Origin: Halarcobacter sp.
GTDB lineage: Bacteria; Campylobacterota; Campylobacteria; Campylobacterales; Arcobacteraceae
NCBI GenBank assembly: GCA_048571215.1
Contig: CP182352.1
Coordinates: 832,001-896,000, forward strand
Direction of reading: 5' to 3'
DNA length: 64,000 nucleotides
Notes under the pieces: generated by a model
The model's database searches: none
What the model saw: the letters and a program-made list of their open reading frames with translations, nothing else
Told to the model about the DNA's origin: nothing
Shown: one piece after another, positions 1 to 10,153 of the stretch
Layout: each line of letters starts with the position of its first letter
How positions within the stretch are numbered: the first letter of the stretch is position 1
Position numbers and translations under genes: made by a program

Positions 1-519
1 ACTTGTATCTTCAAATTTTCTAATTAAAACCTTATAATCATTTAAAGCAAACTCTTCAGGAGTTATTTTATTTTTCCCAATATTAGCCCCAATAGGGATA
101 GTAAAAGGGTAAACTTTTTTTAAATTTTCTAATACTTTTGTTGAACCTTCATTGTTAAAACCCATAGCATTTTGAACAGACTTTTGTTCAGGATACCTAA
201 ACATTCGTGGCTTTGGGTTTCCATCTTGAGCTTTTGGTGTCATAGTTCCAATCTCAGTAAAACCAAATCCAAGTGAAGGCATAGCTCTTACCATTGTAGC
301 ATTTTTATCAAAACCTGCTGCCAATCCAACAGGGTTAATAAAGTTCATACCTAAAATCTCTTGGGATAGTTTAGGATTCATTACAAAGTTTTTATTAACC
401 ATATAGTTATTTAAAATTCTACAGTTAGGTAATATCTTTAAACCTAGTTCAGCAATATTATGTGCTGTCTCAGGTTGAAAAAGAAAAAGTATTTTTTTAA
501 TAGTTTCGTAACTTAACAA
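1..519 (-). CDS. pyrD: Quinone-dependent dihydroorotate dehydrogenase (5' part; runs off window start)
   Basis: Manual translation from TTG at 519: MLSYETIKKILFLFQPETAHN...NPVGLAAGFDKN...GFGFTEIGTMTPKAQDGNPKPRMFR...NAMGFNN; class 2 DHOD motifs. Not in ORF track. Confidence 0.93.
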   Translation of the reverse strand, partial: MLSYETIKKILFLFQPETAHNIAELGLKILPNCRILNNYMVNKNFVMNPKLSQEILGMNFINPVGLAAGFDKNATMVRAMPSLGFGFTEIGTMTPKAQDGNPKPRMFRYPEQKSVQNAMGFNNEGSTKVLENLKKVYPFTIPIGANIGKNKITPEEFALNDYKVLIRKFEDTS

Positions 520-577
520 ATAAATCCTTTTTAAAAATTTTAATATTTTATCCAAAAAGTATTAAAAAAAAGTTGAT

Positions 578-2287
578 TTATATATTTGCTAAGTTATATA
601 GTCGTTTATACTCATCACAATTTTGTAATAAACTCTCTTCAGAACCTGTACAAACAATTTTACCTTTATTGAAAACGGCAATGTTATCTGCATTTTTTAC
701 AGTACTTAATCTATGGGCAATTACAAAGGTGATTCTGTCTTTTCCAACTTCATCTATAACTTCTGAAATAATCGATTCACTTTCATTATCAAGTGCTGAT
801 GTTGCTTCATCTAAGATAAGAATTTGTGGGTCTTTATATAAAGCTCTAGCTATTGCAATTCTTTGTCTTTGTCCTCCACTTAAGTTTGTACCAAACTCAT
901 CAAGTCTTGTATAAATACCATTACTCAAGGCATTGATAAAGGCATAAGCATGGGCTTGTTTTAAGGCATCAATTACTTTTTTTTCATCTATCTTATATCC
1001 ATATGCTACATTTGCAGCAACTGTATCATTAAAGATATATACCCTTTGGGTTACTATAGAGACATTTTTCTTTAGATCATCAATATCAATATCTTTTACG
1101 GAGGTATTATTAAATAATATCTTACCTTCATTGGTATCATAAAATCTAATAAGAAGATTAGTAACAGAAGATTTACCTCCTCCACTATCACCAACTAAGG
1201 CAAATTTTTCACCTTTTTTTACAGATAAATTAATATCCTCTAATGCTATAAAATCATCATATTTTAATTGAACATTTTTAAATTCAATTTTTTCAATCTG
1301 TTTTGGGAAAGGCTCATTTCCTGTAATAATTGTTGATTTTTCTTCAAAAATATTTCTAATTCTTACATCTGCTGCAATAGCATCTTGAAGTTGATTGTAT
1401 AATGATGATAATCTTTTTATTGGTGTATATAAAGAGAATAGGGCTGTTGTAAATGAAAGAAATGAACCGGTTGTTAAAGTTCCATTTATAACCTCTAATC
1501 CTCCAACTATTATTACTACAGCAAAACCAATTGAACCTATAATCTCCATTATTGGAGATATTAGAGCATTTGTTTTTACAGTTTTTAAAGTTACATTAAA
1601 AAAGTTTTGATTGTGTCTACTAAAACTTTCAAGCTCTATATTATTTGTTGAGTTAGCTTTTATTAGTTCTACATTGTTAAAAGTTTCACTTAAATGTGAG
1701 GTGATATCTGAAATAGATTCTTGAGATTTAAAAGATAATTTTTTCATCTTTTTTGCAAGTTTTGATAGGGGCCAAATGGCTATTGGAAGTACAACTAAAC
1801 CATAAAAAGATAATTCTGCACTTTGATAGATTGCAACACCTACAAGTCCCACAATTGTAAGAGCCTCTCTAATCATATCTGCAACATAATTTGAAACTGC
1901 CATTTGAATTCTATTTATATCATTTGTTATTCTAGATATAAGTTCTCCCCCATGCTTTTTTTGGAAAAAAGCCATATCTAAATCAAGAATGTGAGTTAGT
2001 AGTTTGTCTCTAATAATTCTTACGATATCTTGTCCAATATAGGAGATATAATATTTTTGAATATATCCACCCATACCCTTTGCAGTATAAATTCCTACAA
2101 CTATAAAGGGCATAATATAAAGCATATTTATATTTTTATTTATAAAAATATCATCTAATAAAGGTTGAATAATATATACAGAACCAGCTGTACCACCTGC
2201 AACTAGTATCATACCAATAACTGCATAGAAGAACTTTAGTTTATAGTTTTTAATATAAGGTAAATAGTGTTTGTAAAACTCTTTCAT
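578..2287 (-). CDS. msbA: MsbA-like ABC exporter (TMD+NBD), probable lipid A flippase
   Basis: N-terminal TM domain, Walker A GDSGGGKS, LSGGQRQR signature, ILDEATSALD. Confidence 0.8.
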   Translation of the reverse strand: MKEFYKHYLPYIKNYKLKFFYAVIGMILVAGGTAGSVYIIQPLLDDIFINKNINMLYIMPFIVVGIYTAKGMGGYIQKYYISYIGQDIVRIIRDKLLTHILDLDMAFFQKKHGGELISRITNDINRIQMAVSNYVADMIREALTIVGLVGVAIYQSAELSFYGLVVLPIAIWPLSKLAKKMKKLSFKSQESISDITSHLSETFNNVELIKANSTNNIELESFSRHNQNFFNVTLKTVKTNALISPIMEIIGSIGFAVVIIVGGLEVINGTLTTGSFLSFTTALFSLYTPIKRLSSLYNQLQDAIAADVRIRNIFEEKSTIITGNEPFPKQIEKIEFKNVQLKYDDFIALEDINLSVKKGEKFALVGDSGGGKSSVTNLLIRFYDTNEGKILFNNTSVKDIDIDDLKKNVSIVTQRVYIFNDTVAANVAYGYKIDEKKVIDALKQAHAYAFINALSNGIYTRLDEFGTNLSGGQRQRIAIARALYKDPQILILDEATSALDNESESIISEVIDEVGKDRITFVIAHRLSTVKNADNIAVFNKGKIVCTGSEESLLQNCDEYKRLYNLANI

Positions 2288-2345
2288 TTTTCTCCCATAG
2301 TTTTTATTTAGTTTAAAAGGGAGATTATATCTAAAACTTATTTAA

Positions 2346-3659
2346 TCATATTAGTTTATCAATTTTAAATAAATTTTTAAACTTTTTATATCCAAAAGCT
2401 TTGATTGTAAGAAAAAATAGAATAAAACCACTTAAGGTACTTGCAAATGCAAGACCTGCTGCTTGATAAGGAACAATCAAGATAAGTGAAAAAACTATAT
2501 TTGCTCCTAAGGCTTTCATTGAGATTTTAGCTGCTAGGAACTGTTGTTCTTTTGCATATAACCAAAGGGAGAAGATTTTAGCTAAACCAAAAGGTATTAG
2601 TCCTATTAAATACATCGATAGAATTAAAGCAGTATTTTGTGTATCATTATTTAAAAAAGCTCCCCTTTCAAATAGAAGCTTGATAATTAATTCATTAAAA
2701 ACAATACCTATAAATGATGCAATAAAAAGTAAAGCAAATAAAATAATAGAAGATTTTTTCATCAATCTTAATGCTTTTTCTTCATCTTTATTTTTTATTG
2801 ATTTTGCTATCATTGGGAATAGGGCAACTGAGGTTGCAATTGCAAAAAGTGCAAGGGGTAATTGAAAAACTCTATTTGCATAATAAAGATATGATATAGA
2901 ACCTGTAACTAAAAATGAAGCTAACCAAGTATCTAAAAAAGCAGAAATATGTGCAGTGGAACTTCCCATAGTTGCTCCAAAGAAACTTTTATAAAATCTA
3001 TTTTCTTCCTTTTTTTCATGTTTTTTAAATGTAAATATCTTACATAGATTATAATTTTTTATTGCAAGTAAGTGAACAATAACTTGTAATAATCCACCTA
3101 TTATAACCCCATATGAAAGATAATAAGTTATCTCATACTTATCTAGATTTTTTGAGATTAATAAAGCGGCAATAAGACTTATATTTAGTAAAGCTGTTGA
3201 ATAAGCAGTTGTTGCAAAATGGTTTTTGTATTGAAGCAGGGCAGCCATAAAGGTTACTATAAATATTAAAGGTAGATAATAAAAATTTATAGCTACCAAT
3301 GGAGCAGCTAAATCAACAGTTGCTTTATCAAATCCTAGGGCTATAGCTTTTGTAATATATGATGAAAAAAGTGAAACTATTATAGATAAAAAAAGTAAAA
3401 ATGCAATTAGCTGCAAGAAAATAACAGAAGAGAATCTAACTTTATATTTTGATTTTGCATATGAAGGGATAAAGGCTTGTGTAAAAGCACCCTCTGCAAA
3501 AATTCTTCTAAAAAGATTTGGTAGTTTAAAGGCTACAAAAAAGATATCAGAATATATGTTTGCACCTAAGATTGAAGCAGTTAATAGGTCTCTTATAAAT
3601 CCTAAAATTCTAGAGAATAATATACCACTACTATTTGTAAAAATTGATTTAATTAACAT
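2346..3659 (-). CDS. murJ: Lipid II flippase MurJ (MviN)
   Basis: SRILGFIRD, PNLFRRIFAEGAF, YYANRVFQLP, LFERGAF motifs. Confidence 0.95.
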   Translation of the reverse strand: MLIKSIFTNSSGILFSRILGFIRDLLTASILGANIYSDIFFVAFKLPNLFRRIFAEGAFTQAFIPSYAKSKYKVRFSSVIFLQLIAFLLFLSIIVSLFSSYITKAIALGFDKATVDLAAPLVAINFYYLPLIFIVTFMAALLQYKNHFATTAYSTALLNISLIAALLISKNLDKYEITYYLSYGVIIGGLLQVIVHLLAIKNYNLCKIFTFKKHEKKEENRFYKSFFGATMGSSTAHISAFLDTWLASFLVTGSISYLYYANRVFQLPLALFAIATSVALFPMIAKSIKNKDEEKALRLMKKSSIILFALLFIASFIGIVFNELIIKLLFERGAFLNNDTQNTALILSMYLIGLIPFGLAKIFSLWLYAKEQQFLAAKISMKALGANIVFSLILIVPYQAAGLAFASTLSGFILFFLTIKAFGYKKFKNLFKIDKLI

Positions 3660-5199
3660 CTATGTCGCTTTTGTTATGAATTATTAGTTGAATATTTGAC
3701 TTATAATATCCAAGTTGTGCTTTTTTTATGAAAATTTTTGAGCCATTTTTTGGAATATCTTTTTTTTCTTTAAAATATATTTTTATTTTTTTATTATCAA
3801 AATATAAATTTCCATTTTTATAAAACCCTTTTAGATTTGTGATAATCTCATTTTGATATTTTAAATCAAAGAGATCTATTTTTTTCCCATCTAAGTATAG
3901 TTTTTCATAATCTTTTATTTTTCCATTATATTTAGCTATTTTAAAATCAACTATCTCTTTTAATCCAAAAAAATCTTTTATTTTATACACTATCAAATTG
4001 TATGAAGAGCCTAAAGACAAATTTTCTGCATTGTTATAAAAGTAGATTGCTCTATCATTTTTTTGTTTTAAAATAGCACTATTTTTATTTTTGTATATCA
4101 CTATAACATTTTCAATAAGACTAGCATTTTGCAGGTTTTCTATGTTGTAAAGTTGTGATATTTTATTTATGATTTGTTTAGGCTCTTTTTTTATATAACT
4201 GATATTTCTATCAGTGGAAAAACTTGCAGTAATAGGAAGATGATCTGAATAACCTTCGCCTTTATGGGTTTTATTTTTTATCTGCCATCTGAATATTTTT
4301 TTATTTTCATATAGATATTTTGCTTTAAAAACTTTAAAACTATTTTTAATATATGAAATATTTTTATTATCAACAAGAGCAGGAGGTAAGATAATACTAT
4401 CTGGGGTATTGTTTTGTCCCTTATAAAAAGTTGAGAATCTATTAGGATAAGATAACTCTAACCACAAGTTATAGTGAACTCTTTTTTTAAAATTAGAAAT
4501 ATTTTCCAAGGTGATAAATCTTTTATTTATAGTTGTGTTAAGAACTTGATTTATACCTGTTATAGAGTAGGTGTCATTTAACTTTTCATTAAATTTAATA
4601 CTCTCAAACTCGTTATAGTTTGAGTTAAAATCCCCAACTAAGATATAATCTAAATCTTTTGGAAGTTTATTTACTCTATCAAATAGATATTTAGCATATT
4701 TTATTCTATAACTTTCACTAGATCGTTTTGAAGGCCAATGGTTATTAAATATTTTAAATTCACCATTATCTAAAGAAAAAGTTACCTCTTGTATAGGTCT
4801 AAACAACTTATTTGTAAATTTTACATCTATTTTTTTTGAAGATTTGATTTTAATCTTACTTAAGATAGCTAAACCAACACTTCCATTTTTATATTTGTAA
4901 AAACTATAATATTTATATTGGGGTAACTTTTTTTTTAAAAGTTTTATTAGATGTTCATTTTCTATCTCTTGTAGGGCAAAAATATCAGAATCTAAATCTT
5001 TTAAAACTTTTACTAGATTGTTGAATTTTTTATTAAATGTTCTTTGGTTCCAAAGGGCTTTTGTATTTGGTATATATTCACTATATTCAGTTCCATCATA
5101 GTTCAAATCAAATAGATTTTCCACATTGTATGAACTTACTGTAAAAGTTTTTGCATATAAAGATAGGGTTAAAAAAAGAAAAAAAAGTGATTTTACCAA
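3649..5199 (-). CDS. Secreted endonuclease/exonuclease/phosphatase (EEP) family protein
   Basis: Signal peptide; YNVENLFD, LQEIEN, NHWPS, GDFN, SDHLP motifs; extra C-terminal domain. Confidence 0.85.
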   Translation of the reverse strand: MVKSLFFLFLTLSLYAKTFTVSSYNVENLFDLNYDGTEYSEYIPNTKALWNQRTFNKKFNNLVKVLKDLDSDIFALQEIENEHLIKLLKKKLPQYKYYSFYKYKNGSVGLAILSKIKIKSSKKIDVKFTNKLFRPIQEVTFSLDNGEFKIFNNHWPSKRSSESYRIKYAKYLFDRVNKLPKDLDYILVGDFNSNYNEFESIKFNEKLNDTYSITGINQVLNTTINKRFITLENISNFKKRVHYNLWLELSYPNRFSTFYKGQNNTPDSIILPPALVDNKNISYIKNSFKVFKAKYLYENKKIFRWQIKNKTHKGEGYSDHLPITASFSTDRNISYIKKEPKQIINKISQLYNIENLQNASLIENVIVIYKNKNSAILKQKNDRAIYFYNNAENLSLGSSYNLIVYKIKDFFGLKEIVDFKIAKYNGKIKDYEKLYLDGKKIDLFDLKYQNEIITNLKGFYKNGNLYFDNKKIKIYFKEKKDIPKNGSKIFIKKAQLGYYKSNIQLIIHNKSDIDVN

Positions 5200-5236
5200 A
5201 CTCTCTCCAAACTATTAAATAATTTGGTATTTTATC

Positions 5237-5261
5237 TAAGAGTAGATAAAATCTACTCTTA
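5237..5261. terminator. Perfect 11-bp hairpin downstream of rubrerythrin gene
   Basis: TAAGAGTAGAT-AAA-ATCTACTCTTA; no clear U-tract. Confidence 0.5.
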
Positions 5262-5269
5262 AAACTTTG

Positions 5270-5923
5270 TTATTTTTTACTATTAAGTCTTGATTGATAC
5301 TCTTGAGGATGTTTACAAACTGGACACATTTTTAAGGCTTTTTTACCTCTATGAACATGACCACACACTTCACAAATCCATTCTTCTTCATCATTATCAC
5401 TTTCAAACTCTTTACCTGATTCTAATCTCTCAAGTAACATTTTGTACATATTTTCATGTTCTATCTCAATATTTCCAATCAATTCTAACATTTTAGAAAT
5501 CTGTTTTTTACCTTCATCTTTTGCAATAGCTGCAAAATCTGGATACATAGTAGTATTTTCATAACTTTCACCAGCTATTGCAGCCTTTAAGTTTTCAACT
5601 GTATCACCTAATTCTTTACCAGTAAGCATCTCATTATATGCTCTAAACTCTAAGTTAGCATGTTTTTTCTCATTGTTTGCAGCTCTTTGGAAATGTTCAG
5701 CAATATCTCTATAACCCTCTTTTTGAGCTACTTTCGCAAAATATTCGTATTTGTTTCTTGCCATTGATTCACCTGCAAAGGCTTTCATTAGGTTAACAGC
5801 AGTTAAGTTTTCTGTACACATCTCCATTGCTTTACCACAGCAGTGTAATTCTCCACCACCAACTTTTTGAACTTCAACTATGTTTCCACACTCTTTACAT
5901 ACATATGATTCATATTGTCTCAT
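5270..5923 (-). CDS. Desulforubrerythrin (desulforedoxin-like domain + rubrerythrin di-iron + rubredoxin-like domain)
   Basis: N-terminal CKECGN...LHCCG; AFAGESMA, EKKHA, EHE; C-terminal CEVC...CPVC. Confidence 0.9.
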   Translation of the reverse strand: MRQYESYVCKECGNIVEVQKVGGGELHCCGKAMEMCTENLTAVNLMKAFAGESMARNKYEYFAKVAQKEGYRDIAEHFQRAANNEKKHANLEFRAYNEMLTGKELGDTVENLKAAIAGESYENTTMYPDFAAIAKDEGKKQISKMLELIGNIEIEHENMYKMLLERLESGKEFESDNDEEEWICEVCGHVHRGKKALKMCPVCKHPQEYQSRLNSKK

Positions 5924-5969
5924 TTTTTCTCCTTGAATTTTATTTTTTATTTTAAATCAAAATTTTATC

Positions 5970-6041
5970 AAAAGATAAAAATTATCCTTTAGGTAATGAA
6001 ATTATAGTTTTTTCAAACTTAAAGGAAAATAATTTTCCTTT
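5970..6041. promoter_or_regulatory. Two 21-bp palindromic operator-like boxes between rubrerythrin and the PerR/Fur gene
   Basis: AAAAGATAA-AAA-TTATCCTTT (5970-5990) and perfect AAAGGAAAA-TAA-TTTTCCTTT (6021-6041). Confidence 0.6.
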
Positions 6042-6134
6042 ACTAATGAAAATTAATAAATTAAAATTATAGTTTTTTATAATAACATTACAATGTTTAA
6101 TTCTGCAATAGTATAGCAGGAAAGGAAAGAAAAT

Positions 6135-6539
6135 ATGATAGATAGCTCAAATTTATTAAAAGATTATAATCTAAAAGTAACTCCACAAAGAGTTGCAATA
6201 GTTGAAGAGTTATATGCACATGGACATATGAATATAGATGAACTTTATAAAAATTTGTTAAAAAAATTTCCTTCTATTTCATTAGCAACTATTTATAAAA
6301 ATGTAAATGCAATGATAGAAAAAGTTTTTTTAAATGAAGTAAAAATACCAGAAACAAAATCTGTGTATGAATTAGTAAAAGAGGAACACTCACATTTAGT
6401 TTGTAAATCGTGTGGTAAAATTGAAGATGTAATAATAGATACTTCACCTCTACAAAGCTCTCTTTATTCTAAGTCAAACTTTAAAGTAGAAAATATAGAA
6501 GTTGTATTTTCTGGAGTTTGTGAAAACTGTGCAAAATAG
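6135..6539 (+). CDS. Fur-family regulator, probably PerR-like
   Basis: LKVTPQR, SISLATIYK, HSHLVCKSCG, CENC; divergent from rubrerythrin. Confidence 0.88.
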   Translation: MIDSSNLLKDYNLKVTPQRVAIVEELYAHGHMNIDELYKNLLKKFPSISLATIYKNVNAMIEKVFLNEVKIPETKSVYELVKEEHSHLVCKSCGKIEDVIIDTSPLQSSLYSKSNFKVENIEVVFSGVCENCAK

Positions 6540-6552
6540 TTCAAGATAGCCT

Positions 6553-7470
6553 TTATAGGCTATTTTGAATAACAAGTCCTAAAACTACAAGTAATACAAT
6601 TCCTGCACTTTTATTATAAAGTTTATTAGCTGTTATAAATACAAGCATAAATGAAACTATAAATGCGGCAGCTATATCAAAAAAGTTTGCACTTAAATCA
6701 ACATTTAGTGGATTTACTATAGAACTTACTCCTAAAACCATAGTAAAGTTTGCTACATTTGAACCTATGATATTACCAATTGCTAAATCTGCATTATTAT
6801 TCATAGCTGATTTTATAGAAATAGTAAGTTCAGGTAAACTTGTTCCAAAAGCAACTAAAAATAAACCTATAATCCACTCACTAACTCCAAAGTCTCTTGC
6901 GATGTTTCCAGCACTGTCAATTGCAAAATCAGCTCCACCAACAACAAATACAAATCCAATAGCAAGTAAACCAGCAGTTTTTGGCCAATTGAATTTCTCT
7001 TTTGACAAATCTAAATCTATCTCTTCAACTTGGTTTGAACCAACAAGAAATATCAAATAAGCACCCATAAGACATAAAAATAAAATACCATCAACAAAAT
7101 TTAATTTACCATCTATTGACATAAGTATAAATACTAAAATAGGAAATAAAGACCATGCTGAATCCATAGCAAAAAGGTCTCTTTTGGGAGAAATTTTTTT
7201 AGCTAACAAAAATACAGAACCAAGCACAAGGGAGATATTAAAAATAGTACTACCTATTACATTTGCAACAGCAATATCTCCACTTCCTTTTATAGAAGCA
7301 GACATTGAAACAGCCATTTCAGGTAGTGAAGTTCCAACAGCAACTAGAGTAGCTCCAATAACAAAGTGAGAGATATTGTAATGTAAGGCGATTTTTTCGC
7401 TTTGTTGGATTATAAAATCTGCACCATAAATTAATGCTCCCATTGAGACTATAAATATTATAAAATCCAT
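6553..7470 (-). CDS. Calcium/sodium antiporter (YrbG family)
   Basis: Two GTSLPE alpha-repeats, GNIIGSN, multiple TM helices. Confidence 0.9.
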   Translation of the reverse strand: MDFIIFIVSMGALIYGADFIIQQSEKIALHYNISHFVIGATLVAVGTSLPEMAVSMSASIKGSGDIAVANVIGSTIFNISLVLGSVFLLAKKISPKRDLFAMDSAWSLFPILVFILMSIDGKLNFVDGILFLCLMGAYLIFLVGSNQVEEIDLDLSKEKFNWPKTAGLLAIGFVFVVGGADFAIDSAGNIARDFGVSEWIIGLFLVAFGTSLPELTISIKSAMNNNADLAIGNIIGSNVANFTMVLGVSSIVNPLNVDLSANFFDIAAAFIVSFMLVFITANKLYNKSAGIVLLVVLGLVIQNSL

Positions 7471-7471
7471 T

Positions 7472-7891
7472 TTAAGAATTCCTTACGATTAAACTTTTTG
7501 GTAAATTAAATTTTTCAATCAACTCTTCTTCTTTTTGTCTATGTTCTCCATTGTCAAGCTCATGGTCAAATCCAAGTAGATGTAAAAGTCCATGGATAAA
7601 TAAAAGTTTTAACTCATCTTCAAAATTATGATTATACTCTTTTGCTTTTTGTTCAACAAAATCAATAGAAATAACAATAGAACCTAAAGGCATATTTGGC
7701 ATATCAAACTCAAGTGGAAAGCTTAGAACATCAGTAGCCTTATCTATATTTCTGTGTTCTTTATTTAAACTTTGCATCTCATCATTTCTTAAAAAAATTA
7801 ACTCTATATCTTTTTTTGTTAATTCATTTAGTATTGTATCTAGTGATGAGATATCAATATCAATATCTGTTTGATTATCAAAGTCAATCAT
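7472..7891 (-). CDS. ybeY: rRNA maturation endoribonuclease YbeY
   Basis: TDVLSFP and HGLLHLLGFDH motifs. Confidence 0.95.
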   Translation of the reverse strand: MIDFDNQTDIDIDISSLDTILNELTKKDIELIFLRNDEMQSLNKEHRNIDKATDVLSFPLEFDMPNMPLGSIVISIDFVEQKAKEYNHNFEDELKLLFIHGLLHLLGFDHELDNGEHRQKEEELIEKFNLPKSLIVRNS

Positions 7892-8015
7892 ATGCAATCC
7901 ATTATTTTTCGCGGATTATAGCTAAATTTGATAAATTAGTAAATAAAGATTATATTTAATATTTAAGTTAATTCTATATAATATACCAAATATAAAATTA
8001 CTTGGAGTTAGAACT

Positions 8016-8417
8016 ATGTTAGAAATTGGAACAAAAGATAGTATTGAGTTTAAAGTCAAAGAGGAAGATTTAGCAAAAAATTTACATATATCCCCTGAAG
8101 ATAATTTTCCAGAAGTTTTTGCAACAGCTAGAATGGTTGCACTTATGGAGTGTTCAGCTGCAAAAATTTTAACACCACTTTTAAAAGAGGGACAATTGTC
8201 AGTTGGTGTTGAAGTAAATATTAAACATCTTGCACCAACACTTTGTGGTGATATTGCAAAATCAACTGCAAGCTTTGAAGGTATGGAAGGGAAACTTTAT
8301 AAATTTAGTATAGAAGTGGAAGATTCAGGTGGAAAAATTGGAATAGGAACTCATACAAGAGCTATTGTAACTCAAGATAGACTTATGGATGGAGCTAAAA
8401 AAAGAGTTGGAAAATAA
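8016..8417 (+). CDS. Hotdog-fold thioesterase (fluoroacetyl-CoA thioesterase-like)
   Basis: VFAT..MVALME, SVG..VNIKHLAPT, GTHTRAIV. Confidence 0.8.
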   Translation: MLEIGTKDSIEFKVKEEDLAKNLHISPEDNFPEVFATARMVALMECSAAKILTPLLKEGQLSVGVEVNIKHLAPTLCGDIAKSTASFEGMEGKLYKFSIEVEDSGGKIGIGTHTRAIVTQDRLMDGAKKRVGK

Positions 8418-8426
8418 AAGAAAAAT

Positions 8427-8453
8427 ATTGAGCTATTTTTAAAATAGCTCAAT
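8427..8453. terminator. Hairpin between convergent genes, overlapping radA stop
   Basis: ATTGAGCTATTTT-T-AAAATAGCTCAAT. Confidence 0.55.
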
Positions 8454-9788
8454 CATTTTAGAAACTTCATCCACTGCAAAAGTTTTTAAATCAAGTTTTA
8501 GATTTATTTTTTGTGCAATAACTGCTTTTTTAATTCCTTGAGCTTGTGCTTCTTTTAATCTCATATCAATAGAATAAACATCTTTAATCTCACCCGTAAG
8601 TGAAACTTCCCCTATAAAAGTTGACTCTTTTGAAATGGGTCTATCTCTAAAAGAGGAGATTATAGCAGCAACAACAGCTAAATCAGCAGAACTCTCTTTG
8701 ATTTTAATACCCCCACTTATATTTATAAAAACATCATAATGGTTTAGTGGTAAATCTATTTTCTTTTCCAAAAGGGCTAAAAGCATATTTAGTCTATTCC
8801 CATCAAATCCAGTGGCACTTCTTTTTGGATTTGGGTAGGTTGATTCGGTCACAAGTGCTTGAACTTCAATTATAAGGGCACGACTCCCTTCCATAACAAC
8901 TGTCAAAGCTGAACCACTTTGGGCTTTACTTTTATCAAAGAATTTTGATGCAATATCTTTTGCACTAATTAGACCCTCTCCTGTCATCTCAAATATCCCT
9001 ATCTCTGAGGTAGAACCAAATCTATTTTTAAAACCTCTAAGCATACGTAACTCTTTACTTGATTCCCCTTCAAAATATAAAACAGTATCAACCATATGTT
9101 CCAATACTCTAGGTCCTGCTATACTTCCATCTTTTGTAATATGACCAATTATAAACATAGCTATATCTGACTCTTTTGCTTTACGCATTAGTTCAAAAGT
9201 GATTTCACGCACCTGTGATACAGAACCTGGTGCTGAAGTTAGATTGCTAGAGTATATTGTTTGAATAGAGTCAATAATTACAACTTCATAATTATCCCTT
9301 AAAAGTTCATCTTGTATCTCTTCAAGTTTTATCTCACTTAGTAAAAATAGTTCATCATGGTTTGCATCAAGTCTATTTGCTCTAAGTTTTATCTGTCCAG
9401 CACTCTCTTCACCAGATACATATAAAACTTTTTTACCAGATTTTGCAATACTTCCTGCAACCTTTAAAAGCAAAGTAGATTTTCCAACTCCAGGACTTCC
9501 CCCTATAAGTGTAAGACTTCCAGGAACAATCCCTCCGCCAAGTACTAAATCAAACTCTTCATTGTATGAAGAAAATCTTGTTATATCATCTTGTTGTATT
9601 TGTGTTATGGGGGTTGCTTTTGAAGTTGTGTTAATAACTTTTGATGTTTGTTTAAGTACCTCTTGTTGATCAGCATTTAGTTCAATGAAACTATCCCAAG
9701 AACCACAGTTTGGACACTTCCCAAGCCATTTAGTACTTTGTTCTCCACAATGTTGACACTCAAATAGTGATGTTTTTTTCTTTGCCAT
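8439..9788 (-). CDS. radA: DNA repair protein RadA/Sms
   Basis: C4 zinc finger, GSPGVGKST, KNRFG motif, Lon-like C-terminus. Confidence 0.97.
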   Translation of the reverse strand: MAKKKTSLFECQHCGEQSTKWLGKCPNCGSWDSFIELNADQQEVLKQTSKVINTTSKATPITQIQQDDITRFSSYNEEFDLVLGGGIVPGSLTLIGGSPGVGKSTLLLKVAGSIAKSGKKVLYVSGEESAGQIKLRANRLDANHDELFLLSEIKLEEIQDELLRDNYEVVIIDSIQTIYSSNLTSAPGSVSQVREITFELMRKAKESDIAMFIIGHITKDGSIAGPRVLEHMVDTVLYFEGESSKELRMLRGFKNRFGSTSEIGIFEMTGEGLISAKDIASKFFDKSKAQSGSALTVVMEGSRALIIEVQALVTESTYPNPKRSATGFDGNRLNMLLALLEKKIDLPLNHYDVFINISGGIKIKESSADLAVVAAIISSFRDRPISKESTFIGEVSLTGEIKDVYSIDMRLKEAQAQGIKKAVIAQKINLKLDLKTFAVDEVSKMIELF

Positions 9789-10153
9789 AATATATTCCCG
9801 CTTTTAATATGATGAAATTATAATGAAATTTTTATTAGCTTATTAAAAATATGGCAGATTGCAATAGTTTTATATATTATAGTTTAGACCCTTTTAAATA
9901 AAAAGCTAAAATAAGAATAAAATAACTTAAATATCTTATTCTTGATAGACAATCTAATTACACCTTTTTAAGACCAAAAAAGTTATTATAAATATTATAA
10001 AACAACATCTCTTGAAGGCTTTAATCTTAAGTTTAAAGAAGAGGCCTGGGGTGAAATAAGCACTATTTTAGTAAAAAGGGTGATAAACATATTATGATTT
10101 TAATTAGAAATGATTAAGATGGCTATTTATTAAATTTTAAAGGAAGAATTATT

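Noticed and set aside
9850..9865. Sigma54 promoter (TGGCA...TTGC) upstream of the M23 peptidase
   Set aside because: The spacing between GG and GC is too short for a -24/-12 element.
9789..10153. Riboswitch or sRNA in the long radA-M23 intergenic region
   Set aside because: Only weak AT-rich hairpins; no recognisable aptamer consensus.
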